From positions 54,629 to 118,628 of the forward strand of contig DF237214.1 of the NCBI GenBank assembly GCA_000708835.1: a DNA stretch of 64,000 nucleotides. Direction: 5' to 3'. How positions within the stretch are numbered: the first letter of the stretch is position 1; the number at the start of each line of letters is the position of its first letter. A model generated the notes under the pieces. That model made no database searches. It was given only the letters and a program-made list of their open reading frames with translations, and was not told where the DNA came from. The position numbers and the translations under genes were made by a program. Shown here piece by piece: positions 34,901 to 47,700 of the stretch. The DNA is from Klebsormidium nitens (taxonomy: Eukaryota; Plantae; Klebsormidiophyceae).

Positions 34901-37499
34901 CTCGTCCCGAAATTCCTGCAGGCACAGCTCCGCGAACAGCGGGAAAAGAGCTTCCTCGGCCTCGTTGGACGGCGCAGCCGTCCGGAGCCAGCGTCCGAGC
35001 TCGTCCGTACAGCCGTGCAGCACGAGCTTGCGGAAGCGGTCCGCAACGACGGGGAACAGCTCGTGGTTGACGTACAGCGCGAGGGCCTGGTCAGAAGCCC
35101 ACCTGAAGAGGATTACGATTCGTTGGAGTTTTGCAGATACTTAGACAACTCGTACTTCCTATTCGATGGGGGCTTGCGGAAGAGGTTCGCAATGACGGGA
35201 AACGACTCGTGGTTGACGTACAACGGGAGGGCCTGGTCGGAAGCCCACCTGAAGCGTATTATGGATTGTTAGAACTTTGCATGTACATTCGAAAATCGGG
35301 AGCGTTCGGGCTTTAAGTGAACTGTAGCCGGTGACTAAGCTCGTCCGTGCTTTCGTCAAAGGGAGCTTACAAAAGCAATCTGCAACAACGAGCAACAGCT
35401 CGTGGTTCACGTACAGCACAAGGGCCTGGTCGGAACACGCGTTGCAAAACTGTAAGTTCTCAAAATTTGAGAACTCGAAAAGGGACTGGAGATTTCGTGT
35501 GAACCGCAGCCAGTGAACGAACTTGGTTGATATGGATGGTGCCAGGGTCTGGTCGGAAGCCCACGTGGATAAGTTCTCTAGATTTTAGACTTCATGATCA
35601 GATATTTGACACAAAAAGTCTGTCTCAATAAATCGCAGCCAGTGACTGAGATCAATCGTGCGTTCGTGCTTCCGTGCTTCGCGGGACTTTCTGAAGAGAA
35701 AAATACTGCAAGAGCGAGTGGCCATGTGACCAGCACCCGACAAATCAGCTGTCCAACACGATGGAGCCCAGCGCTCACCCTCTCTCAATAAACCGGGTCA
35801 GAATCGCCTGCGCGTTCTCCTTGCCGCCATCCTTCCCGGGCATCAGTAGCGGCTGTGGCGTCTCGTCCTTCTCTTTTTCCAGCATCTCTGAATAGAGCGC
35901 CCTCGAGTCCGGCAATGGAGGCAGCTTCTTCTCCTTCTCCTCTCTTTTCGAAGCATCTTTTCGGCCCCGTTTCCTCTTTCTCTCGTCCCTCAATGTCTCT
36001 GGCGCCCTCCCGCCCGCCACCCTGATCAACCCATCCTCTGACACGACAGCCGTAGCTTCTGACTCTTCCTCAGACTCAGAGGACTCTCGGAAGCTTTCCA
36101 AAACTTCCGCGCGCGACCCGGAAGTTGCGTCCGACGAGAACGACCGCCCCTTCTTTTGCCCCTTCTTCAGGTTTGCATCGGGTTCGGCGGATGGCGTCTC
36201 CTTCGGCGGCAGCTTTCGTTTCTTCTTCGCAGGCTCAGACACGGCGGCCGCTTCTTCCTTCGAAGCCTCCGCTGCCTCACTAGCGCCCACCTTTTCCGAC
36301 CCCTTTTTCTTCGCCCTTTTAGCTTTAAAGTTCGCATCTGCCTCACGAATCATGTCCATCACTATCTTTGAACTGCTCCCGTCCAACCCCTTCTTCTTTT
36401 CCTTCCGACTTCTGCCCGTGGGCTCTTTCGCTGGCTCCGCAGTAACCCCTGGAGCTGCTTCAGCAACCGCCTCTCCATCTACTATCCCACTCACCCCCCC
36501 GCTCGATACTCCATTTACCCCCTGCCCTGGCTTTGCCCCTTGCTCTGGTTCCAAACTTACCCCCAGATATGGTTTCTCTCTAACCCCTTGGACTACCTCT
36601 GTACTACCCCCCCGGCCCCCTTTCGTACGTACCCCCTGCGCAGGTTCCCCACTAACCCCCTTTGCCTGACCCCCTTCTGACCCTTTCTTTCTGGCGAGCG
36701 CAGACTTCAGCTCCTTCCCCTCATCTCCCAGCGCCTGCGTCACACCCTTCGCAGATTTGCCACTGCGCCTCCCAGCTGACTTCTTCGAAGCCGCCGGCTC
36801 TAGTTCCCGGCTCGCCTCTTCCAAAACCTTCCGCACCCCGGCCGGCAGGCGCTGGCCCTTGGTCACACCACTTGCAGCAAAACCGTTACCAACGGTGTTG
36901 CCCGCCCCTTTCAGACTCGCCCGCGGACTCCTGAAGTTGTTTCCTCCGGTAGGGCCAGCATCACTCTCGCTAGATTTTTGACGGGCCCCTCTCGTTCCAC
37001 TATTTGCTGTGGCTTCTGACTCTACCAGCCCCTCGGACCATGTTTTACCAGACGCTTTCCTCGACGGTCGAGCTCCCAGACCTTCTCCAAACGACGTGCT
37101 CGCGTGGGCCCCTTCATCTCCCCCCAGAGTCCCCCGTTCACTTCCCCCCTCCTCAAATCTAACCAGCTTTCCCTTTTCCCCACCTTCGCCAGTGACTGTG
37201 GTCGCTTTAGTCTGCCCATACGCTGGCCTAAAGTAGTCCAGCTGTCTATCCACCGGGCTCAACACATTCGCAAACGGACGCATCCACGTGCGACCACCCG
37301 CCTCCTTTGAAACCGCCGACCCTTCTTCTGCTCTTGATCCCGGCCCCGAGTGCCTGTCCTTATCCTTTGCGTCTTGATGTTCTCCCCTGCTGCCACCCCC
37401 CAAAAAGCAACTGCCGATTGCATGGTTTCTAGCAAGGAAGCATTGCAGGGACGGCCGCTGATGGAGGGCGCCCCGCCGACAAGAGCTCACAAGGGCCAT
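28994..37499 (-). CDS. SUV3: Organellar (mitochondrial-type) ATP-dependent RNA helicase SUV3. Exons (-): 37499-35779, 35102-34845, 34187-34043, 33749-33597, 32908-32642, 31812-31579, 31049-30835, 30550-30490, 29984-29778, 29263-28994
   Basis: [84 protein letters not shown] and AYLWLS are SUV3 signature motifs. Ten GT-AG exons are all in phase. Confidence 0.95.
31813..35575 (-). repeat. Intronic copies of SUV3 exon ends: 5' copies at 31916, 32037, 33148, 35248, ~35440, ~35564; 3' copies at ~33470, ~34705, ~34550
   Basis: Direct alignment to the neighbouring exon boundaries, including splice sites. Confidence 0.9.
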
Positions 37500-38787
37500 C
37501 GCAGCGCTGGACCGAGCAACTCCTCACATGGGACCAGGTTTAAAAGGGCGCCATGAAACAGATACCACCTGGAGAATTTGGAAAAGCTAGCTCAAGTGCC
37601 CTGGAGACAATGACTGTGGTGCGGAGCCGCTCAAGCCCAAGGCACAAGAACGAGGTCTTCCATGACTCATGAGTTGTCCAGAGCTTGCATGAGGACTCGA
37701 GACGTGAAGCTGGCGCAACCAAGTGCCGCATTCTTGTGAAACGGACACGCTTCAGCGCGCGGAAAGAAGCTGGCAACCGCCTGGTCCAGAAAGAGTACCT
37801 TCGTTGCGGCGCGAAGGCTAGCTGAACAATCTGCGCATCCTGTGGGTGTTGAGCAGCCACGCGACGACGTTCACTGACTACTACTTGCGTCAGTGTCAGC
37901 TAGGGCCAATTTCCGGCCCATTCACTGTCAGTAGGGGCGCATTGTGCTCATTGGATCAGCATTGTTCGTTGTTGAGAGCGCTCACCACCAACATTTTGGA
38001 CAATGGCACCATGAACGAGCAGGGCTAGGGTAATGCAGTAAAGGACAGCTTGAAAGGGCCAGCGACAAGTTAGCAAGGAACGTGTACAGTCAGCATGGCG
38101 GCTGTCCGGAGCATGTCCGCTGCCACCTGTCGCGCTGCGATTCCCTGCGCTGTTGCTGCAAAGGGCGCTGCAAGAGCAAGGGCGCAGTTTTCGCTTGGAA
38201 CTGCCTGCCCTGTCCAGGTGCGTCTTGGATCTCTGCCCACAACATGGGTTTATCGCACGGTGCTGAAGCACCGTTAGTAACAGAAATGCTTGATGATTTC
38301 CATTTTATTGACTCACTTCAGTTAAGCTAGGAACCTGCTCTTATTGCAGTGCGGCTGATGCTTGACCACTGCCTCATCGAGAAAGTATTGGGGTTGCCGG
38401 TAGACAATGAACAAATGCACCGCCCGCTTTGCAGAATCGCTGGCAGGGTTTCAATGTTGGGCAAACTAACACTTAAAAAGCTGGATGTGTTCGAAGGAGC
38501 TGTCTTGACGTTTCTGCCATACACTTTGACCGGAAGCTCTCGTTCCTGTCCCCGGCCCTTTACCACCACAAGCACACCAATGACTGATATCATGCTCGAC
38601 TTTGGGAAGTTCTGGCTTTTCAGCTGCCCCTGAGCCGCTCCGTTTCTCGAAACTGCGGTGCCTCCACAAACGAGTTGCGAAACGAGTTGCGGAACGATTT
38701 TATGCTTCACTTTTAGAACCTTTGGGTTTCCCTGCTCCTGGGGCCTAAGCAGCCTCTTGGTTTCCACAGGCTTCGGCGCCTCTGAAA

Positions 38788-41700
38788 ATGAGTGGCCGGT
38801 TCGCGCTCTCTGCCAGCTGCGCCCAGTTGCGCAACTGTGCGGCTCGGTCAGCCGCTAACTTGAGCTGGTCAAGGGCAATGACGGGAGGGTTAAGCCTAAC
38901 CCCGTTTGAAAACGAGAAGCCAAAGAGGGGCCACCACCGGCGGCAGAATGTCGAGGCTGCTGCCAAGAACGGAAAGGGTGAGGTTCACTTAAACATTATT
39001 GACTGGTGCGATGCTCTGGCTGACGGTCCACTGCAAGTCGGGAGGAATGATCGGAATTTGTTAGCCTGCCACCACCATGACTAGGTCGTACTTCGCGGCA
39101 GGGGAGTGAAGTATGTCATCAATGTGCTCTGGTTGCGAGGGCTGACTGTTGCTTTGTGTTTCTGAGAGCAATGTGTGATAGAGAGCCATGTACTTGTTGC
39201 TTTGCCACTCACTTGTGAGTACTCTCAACTATTATCTGGCTGCTCCTTTTGAACTTACCTGGTTATCTTGGTCCAGACAAGGACTTTTGTGGTCCTAATC
39301 AGGCGCTTATATCTCCTCAGAATAGTGCAGAACTTCGCAAACGACCTCTCATTTCAGTCGTTGATCAGCAAACTTTGATGTCTTGCCTGTCCAAGCCTTT
39401 TCTTTCTGGTCACCCGTGAACTCATTGCCCACAATGAATGACGTTTTGTCAAGCTCAACCACTCCCTTTCTTCTAAAGGAGACCCAGTCCAGTATTGTAG
39501 ATTTCTAGTAACTAGCAGGGTGCCTTTTAACATCACAGGCGATGTCGGCGAGGGCAAGTACAAGGACTCGGTGAACCTTCCGGCGACCAAGTTCGACATG
39601 CGCGCCAACAGCGTGGTTCGAGAGCCGCAGATCCAAAAGCTGTGGGAAGAAAAGAAAGTGGAGGAGCGCCTATTTGAGCGCAGCGGGGGGGAGCCGTTTG
39701 TGCTGCACGACGGCCCCCCGTATGCGAACGGGGACCTCCACATTGGACATGCGCTGAACAAGATTTTGAAGGATATCATCAACCGGTATCATGTAAGAGA
39801 ACACTATTTCCAACGAAAACGAACCTACGATGGGGGACTTGTACCTTTGCAACCTCTATGAAACCCGAAGTTGGGTTCGCTGATTTGCAGGGATGTAATG
39901 ATGTAGAAGTTTGTAGAGTCGAGATCGTTCGTATGTCTTGAGCTTTGCCAAGGGACTCGCCCGAGAAGAAGCCGTCGTTACTCGAATCACCATCATGGAG
40001 CTCCTTTGCACACTCAGTTTCGAAGTGTCGAGTCTATGAAAGCAAACGTTGGTCAGCAGCGTTTGCAACATTTGCCGGTGTCAGGACTCCCCTCATCGGG
40101 TCCGCTGAGAGATTGATCTTAGCGACCGCTTGGCTGACGAGTTCGGAAGAGAGTTTTTCTGGTTTGTAGCCATTCTCAGCTCCTGGGCTTGCTGCATATG
40201 CTATTGAGAAGCGGCTGCACATTTGCATTCGGAGTCAAGCAGACGAGAGTGCTTGACTCTGAGTCCAGCGCACCTTCTCTCTGCAGATCTTGCAAGGGCG
40301 CAAAGTGAAGTTCGTCCCGGGATGGGATTGCCACGGCCTCCCAATCGAGCTGAAAGGTAGGCCGCTGCCTTTGTACGTTCTTGGTCCAGTGCTTTGCATC
40401 TTGAAATTGGCCACATGAGAATAAAAGGAATCAGACTGTGAAGATTGTCTTTGTTTAGCTTCGCCTCTACGCTGCGCTTTCTCTTCTCGTTCGGATGTGC
40501 AAAGAGTGTCGACTTACCCGAGGAGACAGGAATCGAAAGGGAGCGGATTGACCTGCTGTGATCTATGTCAACCGATGACAGTGCTGGTATGTGAGGAACT
40601 GGCACGTCAAGTATTCTCCAAACATCTGTGCGGTTCGATTGTGTTGACGTCCGCTCACACGTGTTCGTGCTCACTTTTGCCCTCATCTCTTCTGATTTCC
40701 TAAGCTTTTCGTTCAACTTCCTCGAACCTGCGATCACTTATCATGCCCGATGGCGGTGTAGGTTCCCTCATTCCGTGGTCTTTGCCTTTGATTAAGTGTC
40801 AAGTTACCATCAAGTAAGCCAGATAGGCTAACAGCTGGATCGACAGATCTAAAGCTGACATGCTCACGCGTTAAGTTTCCACTTGAAAGCCCCAAACCAG
40901 GTCCATCCACTCCGAGAAGGTTACCTCATCTTAACTTTCCCTTAAAAAGGAAAAGAAAAGAATTTCAAACGAATTGAAGAAATGATCAGAAAACAGGGTT
41001 TTCACTAATCACATGCCCGTGCGCGGTGCAGTGTTGCAGTCGATGACCGCCGACCAGCGCAAGGAGCTGACGCCCATCAAGCTGCGCAAGAAGGCGGCGC
41101 AGTTTGCGGTCAAGACGGTGGACGCACAGCGGGAACAATTCAAGGTGGGCGCCCGGGACCAAATTGGGGCGATCAAATGCCTCTGTTGTGCGCTCAGTTG
41201 ATGTTGGAGCGCTATTCGAGCGGCCTGCTGGTTTTGGATCGGAAGGGAAGCTCAAAAGTTAGGCGAAGTTAGCTGTAGCTATATTTTATCTGGCTGAGAA
41301 AAAATGACCGAGATTGTTTTGGCTTCTCGAGTCTTCTTGAAGCGGGAGCTTGGTCGAAAAGCGCCGTCGATGCATTTGAGCGGGGTGAAAATCGGTCCGG
41401 AACGTTGTCTCAGCCACGGCGTCAGTGACAAAGTCGGTTTTAAAAACCTCAGATTCCTAACAAATTGTTTTTAGAAGCGCAGGCCGTTGCACAAGTGCGG
41501 ACGTTTCCGACAAAAAAACGTTTTTCACAGGGCAATGCCGTCAATAAAGTGGTTGACTGCTTATACTAACTCTTTTTGCACGCCAAACACAAGCCCCGCT
41601 CTGGCTTGTCGAGCCAGTGCATTCGAGCTTGCAACTTTGCGTCCCTTGGCAATTTTATCGTTGCTCTAACGTTCGCCCGACCGGTGTCGTTTTTTGAGAT

Positions 41701-44700
41701 GCTGTCTTCCGACCTTCCTCGCAGCGCTACGGAATTTGGGGCGACTGGGACCACCCGTACTTGACACTGAAGCCCGAGTACGAGGCTGCCCAAATAGGCG
41801 TGTTTGGGAAGATGGTGTTAAACGGCCACATCTACCGGGGGAAGAAGCCGGTGCACTGGAGCCCCAGCTCACAGACGGCGCTGGCAGAGGCGGAACTAGA
41901 GGTGAGGCGTCCGATTGTGGACTCAGCACGTGTCGCGCGTCCGATCGACCACTGCTCTTTGTGTGCCCTATCTCAAGCCCGGCAAAGGGAGATTTTCAGA
42001 GATCAAGTTGTTTGAAAAAAGTTTTGGCGTTTAGCGAAGCTTTCGCCTATGGTCGTTCGTTTCGTTAGCCAGGGGTCGCGCCTCATCAGAACCGCTCCGC
42101 TCCAGTACCTCAAAAGATGGAGGGCAACCCGGAACGAAAAGCTAGACGGAGTATTACGACCGAAGAACGAGCCTGAGCTCATCGTCTCGCTGTGCAGTAC
42201 CCCGAGGGCCACGTGTCCAAGAGTATCTACGTGGCCTTCCCGCTGACGTCATTTAGCGACAAGTTCCCAAAGGAGCTGAAGGCCCTGCAGGGCGAAGTGT
42301 CACTCGCGATCTGGACCACCACGCCCTGGACCATGCCCGGAAACGCAGGTGGGCTGTGAAAGCTTTGCTTTTACGGGGCCTTTCGGATATTGGGTGTTAA
42401 AAGTTGGTGCCCAAGTGATCCTGTCATCGCCTTCGACTTCTCTTCTCCGGATTTTAACTCGGGATCTTGCTATTTGCGAGGGTTAGAGGATGTCGCTCAA
42501 AGACCATGCGCTGCACCGCGGAGTCAAAGCTTCGTACCTTTGCTCGCCATTTAGTCAGTACTCGTTTCGCACAAAATTTTGGGGTCTTCGCGAGTTCAAA
42601 CGGCGCCGAATAAACGGTTCAACCACTTACTTCTTCTGCAGCCGTGGCCGTGAATGGGGAACTAGACTACGCCATAGTAGAGCTGCAGCCTGCAGAGGAG
42701 ACCGTCTCTGAAAGCGCGTCGGAGGGCACGCCAGCAGACGAGCCGGAACAGAAGAAGAAAAAGGGCAGCGCACCGCCAAAGTCTTCCCCAGGCAGTGCTC
42801 TACAAAGGTAAGTGCTGTTCTCTGGTAATGAGCAATCGTTGTGTTCTTGGGAAGTTATCTGCCAGGACGCTGAATTGAGAGCAGCCAAGTACGAGAGCAA
42901 GTGCTGTCGAATCTGGATCGATTCGGATCGCCTTAAAGTTGACAGGAGATTTTCAAAATAGGCCGTGAGCGCAACGCAGATTAAGAACCTCTGTTAAAAT
43001 CTTTGAGTTGATTTGTGAGTCTGAGGCTTTTGAGTGGACAGCATAGCCGCGTAGCCAACGGTTATCGTATAGCCACCGAAGCAGCGGAGCATGTACCGGA
43101 GCAGACACGCAAAAGGGCAAACAAAACTTATCTTCTGCAGCTTTTTCAATCTTCGTGCTTGTGAAGAACCTTGTTCCCCCTTTCAGATCCGTGGGGGGGG
43201 TCGGAAGGGCGAGCTGAGAAGCCAATGTATGTAACACAGTGATGGGGAACAAAGAACGTCAGCTTTCCAGGTCGACCCCAGATGAGGAAAATCTTCCTAA
43301 GAAAGTGAACATCCCCTGTCTGCAGCTCAAAACACCTAGTGGTTGCTAAGGACCTCGTTCCCACCCTCGAGTCAAAATGGGGCGTGAAACTTACCGTAAA
43401 AGGCGAGGTGAAGGGCGCGCAACTAGAGGGGAGCGCTTATCGGCACCCGCTGTTCGAGCGCGAGAGCCCGGTGGTTATCGGAGGCGACTACATCACGACC
43501 GAGTCGGGGACGGGGCTTGTTCACACCGCTCCAGGACACGGGCAAGAGGTGAGCGTGAATGGAGCACAGCGAACACAACCCACGCTTTATCTTCGATCTC
43601 AAAATCAAGTCTGGGTTTGGTTGCCGCTTGTAACTTTGGTTATGTCTTGTTTACTCCCTGTTCCGGTTCTCTGTCCTAATCTTATCTAGCACGACTTGAT
43701 GTACCGTATTTTCGTTCTCATGTTTTCAGGTATTCATGTTTTGAGTCTTCTCTACCCGTTTCTCCAAAAACCCCTGCCACTCAAGCCTGACTTTTCTCCC
43801 TGCTGACGTCAGGACTACGTCACGGGCCTCAAGTACGACCTCCCCCTGCTGTCGCCTGTGAACGACCGGGGTGATTTCACCGAGGAGGCCGGAAAGTTCC
43901 AGGGGCTCAACGTTTTGGGCGACGGAAACACGGCGATCGTTTCGGCGCTCGACGAGGCGCAGGCGCTACTGCTGGAGGAGGCGTATTCACACAAGTACCC
44001 CTACGACTGGCGGACCAAGAAGCCGACGATCTTCAGGGCGACCGAGCAGTGGTGAGAATAAGGCGCGGATGACACGGGAAGGGAGCGCTGGCGCCCTGAG
44101 AGAAAGAGGTTATCTTGTTCGGGTAGTCTTGGCGTGAGATCATCGACGAAGCATGCAAAGTGAACCTATTTCAAAGCAGTTTTGCCTTTTCCTGATACCT
44201 GGTACCACCTGTACGGGTAGGCCTCTAATAGTAGGTTCAAGCAAGCAGCAGTCGATGCCTTCTCCATGGTTGATTGGTTTTGAGAGTTGGGTAAAATCAC
44301 GCAATTGTAGTTCGAATCTTCTGACCCTTTTGAAAGTTGTCAGATTCCTGGGTTTGGTTTTCGTCCGGGCAGGCTTGCTTCGGTGAGTGGGTTCACAAGC
44401 AGCCCTCAACGTCAGCTCTACCGTCGATTGGATTCCCGAGGTGGGGCAGGACCGTATCACGCCAATCCATGTGACCTACCTTTAGTTGTCAATTTCTGGA
44501 CATTACGCATCCTTCTGTGCAGGTTTGCCTCTGTCACCGGGTTCAAGCAAGCAGCTCTCGACGCCATCTCTACAGTTGAATGGATCCCCCAAGTCGGGCA
44601 GAACCACAACCCCACATTACATAAACGTGTCCTTTTTGAAGGCCGTTGAAATACCAAGGTTGCTTTCCCTCCGTGCAGGTTCGCCTCTGTTACCGGATTC

Positions 44701-47700
44701 AAACAAGCAGCTCTCGACGCCATCTCCACTGAGAGTGGATTCCCCAGGTCGGGCAGAACGGCATGATTGCAGACTGTAATCGTCGACTAGTGGACTCAAA
44801 GTCGCGTCAAAAGCTCGGCACTGATATTCTCCCGCGCAGGTTTGCTTCGGTGACCGGAGTCAAGCAAGCGTGCTCGATGCCATTGCCGCCGTCAACAAAT
44901 CTCCGCAGGTCGGGCAAAACACCCTTTGCGACTGAGATTGTCAAAAGCTTAAGCCTGCGCTTCCTCCGTGCAGGTTTGCCTCTGTAACCGGTTTCAAACA
45001 AGCAGCTCTCGATGCCATCTCTACTGTTGAGTGGATTCCCCAAGTCGGGCAGAACCGAATCACGGCCATGACGGTGGGGCGATCCGATTGGTGCATCTCG
45101 CGGCAACGCAACTGGGGCGTGCCGATCCCCGTGTTCTACGACAAGGAGTCGGGCGAGCCGCTGATGACGGAGGAGACGATCGCGCACGTGCAAGGTGGGG
45201 GGTGACGTCAGCAGGGTCGTGACGTCATGGTTCCTGGTCCAGCTGGCTAAGCACGTTGTTGTGTTGCTTCCAAAAGGTGCCTTTGGTTGTTGAGAAACTC
45301 TCATAAAGCGCGCTGCACGAAAGGCCGAGCTTTGGGGGCTAACAATTGAGCATAATCAGGAGAGGGCCAACGAAGTGCTCCAACATTCTGAGCTTACAAT
45401 CGAATTCGACATCCGGAAGAGGCTTGCCTCTTGGGCTTTACGAAAAACGAGCAGAACCTGTTGAATACATATACAGTTGAGAACATCAAACAATGCAGAC
45501 GAATGATACGCATTCTGGCCTCCGCAGGTATTGTCCGGGAGAAAGGTACAGACGCGTGGTTCTACATGGAGGTTGCGGACCTGCTTCCGGACGGGCATAA
45601 GGCGGATGCGGACAAGTACCGCAAGGGCACGGACACTATGGACGTCTGGTTCGATTCCGGTGAGTGCAGCCAGCGGAATCGATTTGTCCTCTTCAAATGA
45701 AGAGACTCCTACTCGCATGTTTCGATGTATCGAGACTGTGAGCCACTATGACTTGATTGATGTTTAACGATTTTTGCCGCATGTAAGTTGTTGCTTAACA
45801 GCACAAGTGCAATCCTCTCGATTCTGGATGACACGCTCTTTTGCTTGGACCAGGTGGAGCAATGCTTGACTCGCACTTATCGTTCGGCCCTCACGCCCTC
45901 ACTCGAACAACAACGCTTGTGCACGATTGGTAATCTGTTGCCATTACTAAGTTCCCGCTTTGAGGCCTCGAGTTTTAGCCGCCGACACTCTGCCAAAAAT
46001 ACTTCCTCTTTTAAAACTGAAGCAGGCACAACGTACTCTGCAAAACTCATTAACGAGTTCTGGCAATTTATCACAGGGTTTGAGGGCCTTTCTCGACGTT
46101 TCTACTGGTTTGCGAGAGAAGTTGTTTCTGCTAAGGAGCAGAGCGACACTTACTGCCGGATTTCTTTTGCAGGCTCGTCTTGGTCGGGCGTCGTGGACAG
46201 TCGCGACGGCCTGCGACTTCCGTCCGATCTAGTTCTCGAGGGGAGCGACCAGCACCGGGGATGGTTCCAGTCCAGCCTGCTCACCAGCGTAGCCAGCACG
46301 GGGCAGGCGCCGTATAAGTCGGTAAGCTTCCATATAAGCGCTCCCCTCTTCCGGGTAGTTCCTCAGTTTCTTCTCAATTCAGTCCGCTCACCAGCGTGGC
46401 CAGCACGGGGCAGGCGCCGTACAAGTCGGTGAGCTTCAGTATATTCCGACTTTCATTTCTTCTTCCCGCGAATATTCTCTGAGCGTTTCTTGTTGTGTTC
46501 TGCTCATTAGCGTGGCCAGCACGTGGCAGGGGCCATATAAGTCGGTGAGCCTCTCATAAGCGCTCCAGCTTCCTCGCCTGTTCTGTGGGACAGCCTGCAA
46601 AACGCTGCAGGCGCCGTATAAGTCGGTGAGTGTACATGAGCGCGGATCTCCTTTGGGCACTTTTTGGATTGCTTCTTAGGCCAGCCGGTTTACTAGCGTG
46701 GCCTAGCGCACGCTAGGCGACCGTATAGAAGGTTAGCAATCGACCATACGCCTCTTTGCTTCACCATCCAACCCGCTTGGCCTATGAGTGCTGGCGTGAA
46801 CGAGCCTCATCTTACCGCTTGAATGTTGACGGTTAAAGCTTGCATACTCGTGTAGCTTATGTCTTATTTATCTGGCCAGTGAAGTATGCGGAGGCTGCGA
46901 TCAATCTGCGAACCGACGTTGTGTACCCTTTCCGTCGTTACGGCTTCCGATCGCTTTCGAACTCTTGGATCCTGCCTGCCTAATCCCTCCCAAGTTTTCA
47001 ACTCCGAAAGGGTGGAGCAAAAAAAAGGTTATGAGTCGTTGTTGCTGATGCTCCGCGTTCAAAAGCAGGAATCGCTGAGCTCAAAGAAGACCGCATTCTT
47101 TTTGCAAAAAGTAGACTCAGTGATTGTTCGCCTTGGTTCTGCAGGTGTTGACGCACGGGTTCGTGCTCGACGAGCGGGGCCTCAAGATGAGCAAGAGTCT
47201 GGGAAATGTGATCGACCCACGGCTAGTGATCAATGGTGGAAAGAACCAGAAGACGGAGCCGGCTTACGGAGCGGACGTCCTTAGAGTGAGTCTTTCTGTC
47301 TTATATAGTCATCCGTCCCGGCAGCTGTTCGGATATACCTGCTAGCGATCGCATCTCAAGAACCAGATGATTTGTCTCCGGGGATGATGTAGAGTTGCTT
47401 ACGACTTAGCGTGCTTTCTGTGCATTTCACAATAGTTCCTTGAGTATCCCTCTGCGGAAGAGCCGCCGACGGCGCATCCGCGTTCTTTATAACAAGCAAA
47501 CAGTTCCTCGTGTATCTTCACTAGAGTAAGAGAACAGGGGAAAGGAAAAAGTGAAACGATAGTAAGAAAGGGAGCCCGCTTGTCTAATTCTGACCCCAAG
47601 CCAGCCTTACGTGGGCTTTTAGCCGTGGACGTCGAGCGCCGTTTTACTACGCCTTTAGTTCTGCGTGAAACCGTGACACACAAAGCAAGCAAGTTATCTC

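Noticed and set aside
42642-42807. Charged low-complexity insertion (EPEQKKKKG) in the IleRS editing domain
   Set aside because: A comparable variable insertion is, from recall, present in plant organellar IleRS, so it is not novel.
44360-46740. Regularly spaced repeats considered as a CRISPR array or intronic transposons
   Set aside because: The repeats are copies of host exon ends in a eukaryotic gene; no cas genes, TIRs or TSDs.
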